A stretch of 64,000 nucleotides of DNA from Mobula hypostoma (taxonomy: Eukaryota). A program made the translations under genes and the position numbers. The stretch covers positions 253,396,001 to 253,460,000 of the forward strand of contig NC_086097.1 of assembly GCF_963921235.1 (NCBI RefSeq), given 5' to 3'. Below, piece after piece: positions 23,816 to 34,669 of this stretch (positions are counted from its first letter, which is position 1; every line of letters begins with the position of its first letter). The notes under the pieces were generated by a model, which saw only the letters and a list, made by a program, of their open reading frames with translations, was not told the DNA's origin and did not search any database.

Positions 23816-25259
23816 TTGATTGTCATTTAACCACACATTGAATAGAGCCAAACAAAACAGTGTTCCTCAGGTCCAACAGCACATAGCACATATAGCTACG
23901 ACAGCAGAAAAAAAGTGTTACAAATAAAACAAAATTTTTAAATGGAATACAAATTTTTGGAAAAATTCAAACAACAATAGGATTAAATCCCTGCCTGAGA
24001 CCATTTACGTTGATCCAATCGCTAACTAGGGTTTGCATCGTTGGTTACTTTCTCCTTCCTTACTTATTCTGACTGAATTGTGGATGTGGAATCATTTGGA
24101 CAGGAATTTTCTTTACTCCAAATTGTGGATGTGGAATTATTTAGACGGGAATTTTCTTAACTCCGAATTGCCCTCAGCTTCTATTTCTGACTTTTCCATT
24201 TCAAGATTGTTTAATGTTTAATGCTATTTCCAGCACACAAGACTAAAGGTGAACAAAATAGTTGTTACTCTGGATGTGATGGAGCACAAAAAACACAATA
24301 AGATAAAAACACAATAAATATAAACACATAAATAGTTTACATAGAGACATTGATTGTATGTCTTAAAGTGATGCTAAGCAGAGGAGTGGTGACTGACAGG
24401 AAGGTTTTTTTTGCATAATAGAGGAATTAAGGGTTATGGGGAAAAGACAGGTAGCTGGAGCTGAGTTTACGGACAGATCAGCCATGACCTTATTGAATGG
24501 CAGGGCAGGCTTGATGGGCCAGATGGCCGACTGCTGCTCCTATTTCTTATGTTCTTATGTTCTTACGAAATGATAAAGCAGTGGTGGTTGGGGGTGTGGG
24601 TTAGTGTGTGGAGGTGTCGATCAGTCTTACCGCTTGGGGAAAGTAACTATTTGTGTCTGGTGATCCTGGTGTGGGTACTACGTAGCCTCCTCCCCGATGG
24701 GAGTGGGACACCAGTCCATGAGCAGGGTGGGTGGGATCCTTCCTGATGTTACTGGCCCTTTTCCAGCCCCTTTCTGTTTCGATGTCCTTGTTGGTGGGCA
24801 GGCTGGTGCCGGTGATGCATTGGGCAGCTTTGAGAACGTGTGGGAGAGCCTTCCTGTCTGCCACAGTGCAGTTTCCATACCAAACAGCGATCCAGATTGC
24901 TAGGAACCATTCAGAACACAGCACAGTACAGGCCCTTCAGCCCTTAATGTCGTGTTGACCTTTTAATCTGCTCCAAGATCAATCTAGCCCTTCCCTCCCA
25001 CATTGGGATGTGACTGTACGTGGGTGGGTTTGCAAGCAGGAACTCTGGAACAAGGTCAATGTTGAGGAAAACTGGAGGTTTGGCGAACGAGTAGGTACTG
25101 GTTTTGTTTGTATTACATACAAGCTCTGATGTGTAACCAAATGGTGTCTGATGTGTAACCAAATGGTGTCAACAGCAATCAGACCAAGATACAAACAGGC
25201 GACGAGGCTGAGATCGCAGAGGGCGACTTACAGTGTCTAGAGATATGTAAAATAACTCA

Positions 25260-26780
25260 GAACATTACAGCCCAGCACAGGGTCTTCAGTCCACAATGTT
25301 GTGCCGATCTTATAACACTCTTCAAGATCAATCTAACCCTACCTAACCCTCCCACATAATCCTCCATTTCTCTACCATCCATGTGTATATCCAAGTTTCT
25401 GGAATGTCCCTAATGTATCTGCCTCTACCACCACACCGGCAGCACGTTCCACACACCCCCCACTATCAGCGTAAAAAAATACTTACCCCTGACACCCCCT
25501 CGCACTTTCCTCCAATCATCTTAAAATGACTCCCCCTCCTATTATCCTGGGAAAAAGTCTCTGGCTATCCACTTATCTGTGCCTGTTACCATCTTGTACA
25601 CCTCTATCAGGTCACTTCTCATCCTCCTTCTCTCCTGGCTCACTCAACCTACCCTATGCTCTCCAATCCAGGCAGCATTCTGGTAAATTTCCTCTGCACC
25701 CTCTAAAGCTTCCATACCCTTCCAATAATGATGCAGCAGAACCGAACACAATACTCCGAGGGTGGCCTTACTGGGGTAACATTACCTCGAAGCTCTCAAA
25801 CTCAGTCCCCTGACGGCTAAAGGACACATCACACTCCTCCTTACCCACCCTGTCAACTTGCACTGTCACTTTGAGAGATCTATGTGAAGGGTGAGATTTC
25901 CTTAGTGCACCATGAATACAAAATTCTGAGGGGTATAGAAAGGGTAAACGCATGCAGGCATTTTCCACTGAGTTTGGGTGAGACGAGAACCAGAGGTCAT
26001 GGGTTAGGGGTGAAAGTGAAATGTTTAAGGGGAACATGAGGGGAAACTTCCTTCACTCAGAGGATTGTAAGTGTGTGGAACGACCTGCCAGCACAAGTGG
26101 TGCATGCAAGGTTGATTTCAACACTTAAGTGAGTTTGTATAGGTACGTGGATGGTAGGGGTACGGAAGGCTATGGTGCGGGTGCAGGTCAATGGGAGCAG
26201 GAAGGCTAATGGTTAACTAATGCATCAACTAGATGGGCCAAAGAGCCTGTTTCTGTGCTGTAGTGTTCTATAAGCTGAGAGGTAATGTTGCAGCTATATC
26301 GAACCCTGGTGAGACCCCACTTGGAGTACTGTGCTCAGTTCTGGTCGCCTCACTACAGGAAGGATGTGGAAACCATAGAAAAGGTGCAGAGGAGATTTAC
26401 AAGGATGTTGCCTGGATTGATAGAGGTGTACAAGATGATGAGAGGCATTGATCGTGTGAATAGTCAGAGGCTTTTTCCCAGGGCTGGAATGGCTAGCACG
26501 AGAAGGCACAGGTTTAAGGTGCTTGGAAGCAGGTACAGAGGAGATGTCAGGGCTAAGTTTTTTACACAGAGAGTGGTGAGTGTGTGGAATGGGCTTCCAG
26601 CGACGGTAGTGGAGGTGGATACAATAGGGTCTTTTAAGAGACTCCTGGACAGGTACATGGAGCTCAGAACAATAGAGGGCTATGGGTAACCCTAGTAATT
26701 TCTAAAGTAAGGACATGTTCAGCACAGCTTTGTGGGCTGAAGGGCCTGTATTGTGCTGTAGGTTTTCTGTGTTTCTAAGT
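25260..26780. mobile_element. Cluster of three CR1 3' fragments (25260-25885 minus; 25920-26270 and 26272-26780 plus)
   Basis: RPHLEYCAQFWSPHYRKD motif and repeated gggc[c/t]gaagggcctgt 3' ends. Confidence 0.8.
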
Positions 26781-27289
26781 TTTTAATTTTATCAGAAAGG
26801 CTCATCAGACCAGCTGGTCTTTTCCTTTGAGGAAAACACACAAAATGCTGGAGGAACTCAGGAGGGGTGACTCGATAGAAGTGTACCAGGGTTATTTCTT
26901 CTGGAGTGCTGGAGACTGAGGGGAGATCTGACAGGGGTGTAATGTGCTATAAGGTTTCACTGCTAATGTAATGGTTTCTCTGCACCAGCATTGTTTGGGT
27001 TATGACTAGAGATAACAGGGGCTTTGGAATGTGGGCCATCCAATGACAGGGATATTGTTCTTTATTGTGTGTCTGGGAGCAGGGATTTCGAGGTCTTTTG
27101 CCTGGGAGAGATGAGGAGAGAAGACGCGAATGGAGAGAGTTGGTAGACCGCCAGACGGAGTGGATTTGGAGTGAGGGTCCGAGGGTCGGCTACACTCGGA
27201 GGAGGTCGACGGGGAACCAGTGAACTGAACAGTGAGCTCCAACGTTGCGCATTTGGCTGTTTAATGAGAATGGGCCTTTCTCTTTCTTT

Positions 27290-28500
27290 CAGGATGAGGC
27301 TTTTCATTCTAGGACGAGGAAGATGTCTTCCTTTTTTAAAGAAAGGGGCTTCCCTTCCTCCACGATCAACTCTGCTCTTAAACGCATCTCCCCCATTTCA
27401 CGTACATCTGCTCTCACTCCATCCTCCCGCCACCCCACTAGGAATAGGGTTCCCCTGGTCCTCACCTACCACCCCACCAGCCTCCGGGTCCAACATATTA
27501 TTCTCCGTAACTTCCGCCACCTCCAACAGGATCCCACCACTAAGCACATCTTTCCCTCCCCCCCCTCTGCATTCCGCAGGGATCGCTCCCTACACAACTC
27601 CCTTGTCCATTCGTCCCCCCATCCCTCCCCACTGATCTCCCTCCTGGCACTTATCCGTGTAAGCGGAACAAGTGCTACACATGCCCTTACACTTCCTCCC
27701 TTACCACCATTCAGGGACCCAAACAGTCCTTCCAGGTGAGGCATCATTTCACCTGTGAGTCGACTGGAGTGATATACTGCGTCTGGTGCTCCCGATGTGG
27801 CCTTTTATATATTGGTGAGACCCGACGCAGACTGGGAGATCATTTTGCTGAACATCTACGCTCTGTCCGCCAGAGAAAACAGGATCTCCCAGTGGCCACA
27901 CATTTTAATTCCACATCCCATTCCCATTCTGACATGTCTATCCACGGCCTCCTCTACTGTAAAGATGAAGCCACACTCAGGTTGGAGGAACAACACCTTA
28001 TATTCCGTCTGGGTAGCCTCCAACCTGATGGCATGAACATCGACTTCTCTAACTTCCGCTAAGGCCCCACCTCCCCCTCGTACCCCATCTGTTACTTATT
28101 TTTATGCACACATTCTTTCTCTCACTCTCCTTTTTCTCCCTCTGTCCCTCTGAATATACCTCTTGCCCATCCTCTGGGTCCCGTCCCCCCCCTTGTCTTT
28201 CTTCCCGGACCTCCTGTCCCATGATCCTCTCGTATCCCCTTTTGCCTATCACCTGTCCAGCTCTCGGCTCCATCCCTCCCCCTCCTGTCTTCTCCTATCA
28301 TTTTGGATCTCCCCCTCCCCCTCCCCCTCCCACTTTCAAATCTCTTACTCACTCTTCCTTCAGTTAGTCCTGACGAAGGGTCTCGGCCTGAAACGTCAAC
28401 TGTACCTCTTCCTACAGATGCTGCCTGGCCTGCTGCGTTCACCAGCAACTTTGATGTGTGCTGCTTGAATTTCCAGCATCTGCAGAATTCCTGTTGTTTG
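27290..28500 (+). mobile_element. Penelope-like element, 5'-truncated, GIY-YIG domain open (27736-28062)
   Basis: GVIYCVWCSRCGLLYIGETRRRLGDHFAEHLRSV...LEEQHLIFRLGSLQPDGMN. TSD CTTTCTCTTTCTTT at 27276-27289 and 28501-28514. Confidence 0.9.
28366..28401 (+). ncRNA. Minimal hammerhead motif (intact core, one stem-I mismatch)
   Basis: AGTC CTGACGA A GGGTCTCGGCCT GAA ACGT C AACT. Confidence 0.72.
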
Positions 28501-29101
28501 CTTTCTCTTTCTTTGTTTTCTTTACTAACCATACAGTCAAATTAAGAATTACAAAGCTCAATCGTTTAATCGCATATTGTGTACTGTTTGTTATTTCATG
28601 GTACTCATTTGTAACAGAGGACACATCACTCAGCATCCACCCAAACAAGATTTCTCAAGTTTGGCCGGGCCGAGGGCTGTCTTCCCCTAGACTAAGCCGC
28701 TAGCCAAAGTGAGAGTTACAGGGGTTTATATGATTATAAGAGGCAGTAAACAGACAGTATCTTTTTCCCAGGCTTAAAATGTCTAATACCACTCCCATCA
28801 GGGAGGAGGCTACGTAATATCCACGCCAGGACCACCAGACTCAAAACAGCTACTTTCCCCAAGCAGTAAAGCTGATCAACACCTCCACCCTCTGACCCAC
28901 CCCTCCAGACCCCCAACCACCACTACACAATCATTTCCTGTCAGTCACCTCATGTACAGACACTCCTGTGCCAAGCGTCACTCAATGGACATACAATCAA
29001 TCTGTGTATATAAACAATCTCATGCATTTATATTTATTGTGCTTTGATTATTATTATTGTGTTTATATCTTGTGCTGCATCGGATCTGGAGTAACAATTC
29101 T

Positions 29102-29136
29102 GTCCTGACGAAGGGTCTTGGCCCGAAACGTCGACT
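29102..29136 (+). ncRNA. Minimal hammerhead motif, tandem copy 1
   Basis: GTC CTGACGA A GGGT-CTTG-GCCC GAA ACGT C GAC. Confidence 0.78.
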
Positions 29137-29302
29137 GTACCTCTTCCTAGAGATGCTGCCTGGCCTGCTGCGTTCACCAGCAAGTTTGATAAAGTGTGTT
29201 AAATAACTAACAGATGAGGTACGAGAGGGAGGTGGGGCATTAGCAGAAGTTTGCGAGGTCCCTCTCCCACTTTAAAACCTCTTACTAACTCTTCCTTCAG
29301 TT

Positions 29303-29338
29303 AGTCCTGACGAAGGGTCTCGGCCTGAAACGTCGACT
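29303..29338 (+). ncRNA. Minimal hammerhead motif, tandem copy 2
   Basis: AGTC CTGACGA A GGGT-CTCG-GCCT GAA ACGT C GACT. Confidence 0.8.
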
Positions 29339-29780
29339 GTACTGCTTCCTAGAGATGCTGCCTGGCCTGCTGTGTTCACCAGCAACTTTGATGTGTGTTG
29401 GTTGAATTTCCAACATCTGCAGATTTCCTCGTGTTTATGTAATTATTATTTTGTTTTCCTTGACCCTTGTGCACTGGAAATGACATTAAACCACCTTGAA
29501 CTGAATGTATTTAAGGAGAGAGGGGGTAATTTCAAAGGAGATGCGAGGGGAAAGTTTTTTTTTACAGAGTGCTGTGTGCCTGGTATGTGGTGTCTGGGAC
29601 ATCAGGGACTTTACGAGACGTTTAGATAGACACATGAATGTGAGGGGAATGGAAGGCCAGGGACGCTGTGTAGGCAGAGGGGATGAGGTAGCTGGCCATT
29701 TGACTGGCTCAGCACCACACTGAGGGCCGAAGGGCCTGATCCTGTGCTGTACTGGTCTGTGTTCTGTGTTCAGCACTTAC

Positions 29781-29933
29781 CCAGAAGCACCAGCTTGGTT
29801 AGAGTCTCCGACCGGTCGACATAGTCGCGGAGGGTGAAAGAGGTCGGAGGGAGGAGTGGACTAACTTCGATGCGAAAAGCTTCTTCTTCAGACAGATCTT
29901 GAAATGGAGACTGCGATGGGACATCGTTGAATA
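29781..29933 (-). CDS. MTERF3: MTERF3 coding exon 2 (153 bp)
   Basis: ttccag|TA...CTG G|gtaagtg. Translates [50 protein letters not shown], matching the MTERF3 motif [25 protein letters not shown]. Confidence 0.93.
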
Positions 29934-30769
29934 CTGGAATTTAAAAGGAAAATCAATTTGAGGAATACAATTCCATAGTGAGCAAATGTTAAAAAGTGTG
30001 CTGAATGATGAGGTGAGAGAGTTTATTTATTTTATTTAGATACAGTGTGGAACAGAGCTGCCCACCCCAACGAGCCGTGGCATCCAGCAACCCCGATTTA
30101 ACACCAGCCTAGTTACAGGACAACTTACAAAAACTAATTAACCTAGTAACTGGTATGAGAGAAAACGAGAGCACCAAGGGAAACCCACTCAGTCATGGGG
30201 AGAACATACAAACCCCTTATAGACGGAGCTGGAATTAACTCTGAACTCAGGAACGCCCAGTGTCACGTTACCCTCTCCGCTACTGTGACGCCCCAGCAGT
30301 TTGAACAATTACCCCCCCACACGTACAGAATGGTGGAGGAATTCAGCCGCTCAGGCAGCTTCCATGGAGAGGAATAAGCGCTGACGTTTCGGGCAGAGAC
30401 CATTCAGCAGGACCCAGGAAGGGGGTAAATAATTCTGTTTTTATTTTAGGAATCTCATCAAATGCCTCAGTAAAATCTATATACAATGTATCCACCGCTC
30501 TATCTTCATCGATGTGCTTTGCCATACCTTCAAAAGAATTTAGTCAGCATAACCTGCATCCCACAAAGCCATGCTAACTATCCTTATCAGAATATGCTTC
30601 TCTAAGAAATAATGATCAACAAGTCAATATTTACTGTGCATGTCCACAAAAAATGAATCTGGTGACATATGTAGTTTTGACGATAAATTTACTTTGATAT
30701 TTGTACTGTATGTGTAGTTTACTAGATTTCTCATGATAAATGATTATAACTGCTCTACTTTCTATCTAC

Positions 30770-31710
30770 ACATGACTGTGTGGCTTGGCATAGCTCAAAT
30801 ACCATCTACAAATTTGCTGTCGATACAAACATTGTTGGTAGAAACTCAGGTGATAACGAGAGGGCGTACAGGAGTGAGATATGCCAACTAGTGGCGTGGT
30901 GTCACAGTAACAACCTGGCGCTCAACGTCAGTAATACGAAACAGCTGACTGTGGACTTCAGGAAGGGTAAGACAAAGGAACACATACCAATCCTCGTAGA
31001 GGGATCAGAAGTGGGGAGAGTGAGCAGTTTCAAGTTCCTGGGTGTCAAGATCTCTGAGGATCTAACCTGGTCCCAACATATCGATATAGTTATAAAGAAG
31101 GCAAGACAGCGGCTATACTTTATTAGGAGTTTGAAGAAATTTGGTATGTCAACAAATACACTCAAAAACTTCTATAGTTGTACTGTGGAGAGCATTCTGA
31201 CAGGCTGCATCACTGTCTGGTATGGAGGGGCTACTGCACAGGACCGAAAGAAGCTGCAGAAGGTTGTAAATCTAGTCAGCTCCATCTTGGGTACGAGCCT
31301 ACAAAGTACCCAGGACATCTTCAAGGAGCAGTGTCTCAGAAAAGCAGCATCCATTATTAAAGACCTCCAGCACCCAGGGCATGCCCTTTTCTCACTGTTA
31401 CCATCAGGTAGGAGATACAGAAGCCTGAAGGGACACACCCAGCGATTCAGGAACAGCTTCTTCACCTCCACCATCCGATTCCTAAATGGACATTGAATCT
31501 TTGGACACTACCTCACTTTTTTTTAATATAGAGTATTTCAGTTTTTGCACTTTTTTACTGAATTCAATATACGTAATTGATTTACTTGTTTATTTATTTA
31601 TTTATCTCTCTCTCTGCTAGATTATGTAGTACATCGAACTGCTGCTGCTAAGTTAACAAATTTCAGGTCACATGCCGGTGATAATAAACCTGATTCTGAT
31701 TCCGATTCCT
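30770..31710 (+). mobile_element. L2/Rex-clade LINE 3' part (238-aa open frame)
   Basis: IYKFAVDT..NNLALNVSNTKQLTVDFRK..FKFLGVKISEDLTWSQH..HPGHALFSLLPSGRRYRS; tail aataaacctgattctgatt. Confidence 0.85.
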
Positions 31711-32166
31711 CAACATGGTAATGAATGGATAGGGACAGGGGCTGGTCCCTTCTGTCAGTCCTGCCTTCCAGTGTTCGCCCCGTGGGAAACAGGCTGAATT
31801 ACCTTCAACAGAAGCTGCAGATGCACGAGATAAGGAACTGCTGCAGGCTTGTCCTTACGGAAACATGGCTCCAGGATAACATCCTATGCACCATCAATCT
31901 ACAGGCCAGGACACTCAGGGGCTTGGGCTAGATTAATTTTTGTGACTGTTTGTATTTCTGCTGTCATAATTATATGTGTTACGTCTGCTGTTGTTTCTGT
32001 GTTTTGTACCTTGGCCCTGCAGGAACACTGTTTTGTATGGCTGTATTCATGTGCATGGTTGAATGCCAATTAAACTTGAACTTGAAGATTTCAAATCTAG
32101 TTAACATCAATGAGCAAGCACACTATTTTCACCAAAAAAATTTCTAAACAAAGTGACACAGCTTAC

Positions 32167-32485
32167 CGAAAGGTTGCAACTCATCATCCAGACGAGGCAG
32201 TTCTGTTGTCTCATGGTCATAATCTGTATATTGCAACGGTGTGAAGTGGACAGCATCACCTTCTCTGCTTGGTGGTGAATCTGGTGCTGAAGAGCTGAAG
32301 CCTGGATTTCTCAGCCTTCGCTGGCTTTGGAGGAGGGAACATCGATGCGGATGTACACCAGTCCGAGACTGAAGGGTGTATGACGCTACGGGAATCACCT
32401 TCATCGTTTTGTTTGAAGAAAAAACCAGACCAGAGATTCTCATTGAAGACCACCTGCAGCAAATGCAGCGAAGCACTGAAGACAT
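32167..32485 (-). CDS. MTERF3: MTERF3 first coding exon (N-terminal, mitochondrial-presequence-like region)
   Basis: ATG at 32485 preceded by acceptor ctttcttgttcgcag (exon starts 32505). ORF MSSVLRCICCRWSSMRISGLV...ELPRLDDELQPF ends at donor G|GTAAGC. Phase 1 joins the next exon in frame. N-terminus is Arg/Ser-rich and acid-poor. Confidence 0.8.
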
Positions 32486-33039
32486 TTTTCACTCAAATTA
32501 AGATTCTGCGAACAAGAAAGTTAATGCATTAACTGTGAGTTGTATTCTTAGGAAATGCCTTAGAAGTTCATTCTCTAACTTTATATTTCAACTGTTAGGA
32601 AATTCTGAGCAGTGTGTGTCTGCAGACTCTACAGTAAAAACCACAGAGTTCACCGGGGTCTCCCCCCCACCCCCCCACCGGCCTATAGCATTGTTGAGCA
32701 TCCCTACCATCCATCCCACAATCTCTTTGACCCACTACCGGCAGGAAGGAGATACAGGAGCGTCAGGACAAGGACTGTCAGACTGGTTAACAGCTTCTTC
32801 CCTCAGGCTGTGAGACTAATGAATACCCTGTCACCACCAAGATCTTATCACTAGGAGAGCAAGCTGTTTACTGTTTACCTGTGCTGTGCACAACGTACAT
32901 TCTAAATTATATTTTATCAACTTATTTATGGTAATATTTTGTTTTATGTGCTGTGTGTGATGTATATTTTGCAGGTGCACTGTGGTCCGGAGGAACGTTG
33001 TTTCATTTGGTTGTATTTATGTATAGTCAGATTAGTTTT

Positions 33040-33700
33040 TGAGGATACTCAGTCCTCGTTTATTGTCATTTAGAAATGCATGCATTAAAAAATGATACAA
33101 TGTTCCTCCAGAATGATATTACAGAAACACAGGGCAAACCAAGACTAAACCTGACAAAACCACATAATTATAACATAGTTACAACAGTGCAAAGCAATAC
33201 CATAATTTGATAAAGAGCAGACCATGGGCACGGTAAAAAAAAGTCTCAAAGTCCCGATAGCCTCATCATCTCACGCAGACGGCAGAAGGGAGGAACTCTC
33301 CCTGCCATGAACCTCCAAGCGCCGCAAACTTGCCGATGCAGCACCATTGGAAGCACCTGACCGCAGCGGACTCTGAGTCCGTCCGAAAACTTCGAGCCTC
33401 TGACCAGCCCCTCTGACACAGCCTCTCCGAGCACCATCCTCTGCCGAGCACTTCGACCCCGCCAGGCCACTGAGCAACAAAGCCAAGGATTTGGGGCCTT
33501 CCCCTCCAGAGATTTCGGACCACACAGTAGCAGCAGCAGCGAAGCAGGCATTTCAGAAGTTTCACCAGATGTTCCTCCATGCTCTTATGTCTGTCTCCAT
33601 CAAATCAGGATTGTGCACGGCACCGTACTTGACAGATTACAGACATCACCCCCGGAGTGGCCGCTGCGAGCTGCGTCGCGCCGTCATCTTCTCCTCCCGC
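33040..33700 (-). mobile_element. Non-coding interspersed repeat (probable non-autonomous LINE-dependent element)
   Basis: Segment atttcagaagtttc.ccagatgttcctcc...ccatcaaatcaggattgtgcacgg recurs at 15030-15150. It interrupts a LINE tail. Confidence 0.55.
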
Positions 33701-34041
33701 CAGATGACAATAAACTTGAACTTGATGTCTGATTTGTTCAGTCAGTCGTTAAAAAAGCTGAATGTGCAGACAAAAAAAATCAGCTGTGCAGAACTCACCA
33801 ACTGAAAAAAGCAGCCAGCTCAATCACCCCAGACATTCCATCTTGTCCTGTCTCCCATAGAGAAGATACAAAAGCCTGAAAGCACATACCAGCAGACTCA
33901 AATACAGCCTATCAGACCCTTGAACGGTCACCTTGTACCATAAGATGGATGCTTGACCGCGATATGATGCTGCACTTCACTGTTTGCCTGCTTTGCACTT
34001 TCTCTGTAACTGAACTCTTTATTGCTCAATACACTATAAAA

Positions 34042-34347
34042 GCATCTGTTAGTCTTGCCAGACCATGGATCTGCACCTGGAAAGTCTTCACTCTCCAGGG
34101 TGCAGGCCTGGGCAAGGTTGTATGGAAGGCCAGCAGTTGCCCATGCTGCAAGTCTCCCCTCTCCACGACATCGATGTTGTCCAAGGGAAGGGCAAGGGCC
34201 GATACAGCTTGGCACCAGTGTCGTCACAGAGCAATGTGTGGTTAAGTGCCTTGCTCAAGGACACAACACGTTGCCTCGGCTGGGGCTCAAACTCAAGACC
34301 TTCAGATCACTAGTTGAATGCCTTAACCACTTGGCCACATGCTCACA
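34042..34347 (-). mobile_element. tRNA-derived SINE with RTE-type tail
   Basis: Minus strand: A-box TGGCCAAGTGG, degenerate B-box, core GTGTCCTTGAGCAAGGCACTT; tail matches 7285-7458. Confidence 0.8.
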
Positions 34348-34669
34348 GTAAATAATAATTTATTCTGTATAAATAGTTCTTCATTATACCTCGGTACATG
34401 TGACAACAAATAATATTTATTTATAGAGACTTTTCATACAGATGACATAGCTAAAATGAAATATGAAAATAAAAGATAAAACAAACATAAACATGAAATT
34501 AAAATATAAAAAAGATTCAAGGTTAAAAATAGGCTTGAGCTGGCGTTTAGAAGTGCCAACTGTGTGTGTACCTTGTGTTTTTAGGTACAGTATAGAGTTT
34601 CACAGTTTAGTTGGAAAAGCTAATGATAAATAAACCAATCACAACGCACCAATTTACAATATTTACAAG

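Larger units (their letters stand above)
26938..28720. mobile_element. Solo LTR (~560 bp net) with 4-bp TSD, split by a Penelope-like insertion
   Basis: Starts TGTAA (26938) and ends TTACA (28720). GGGG duplicated at 26934-26937 and 28721-28724. Host CR1 sequence rejoins across it. Confidence 0.8.
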
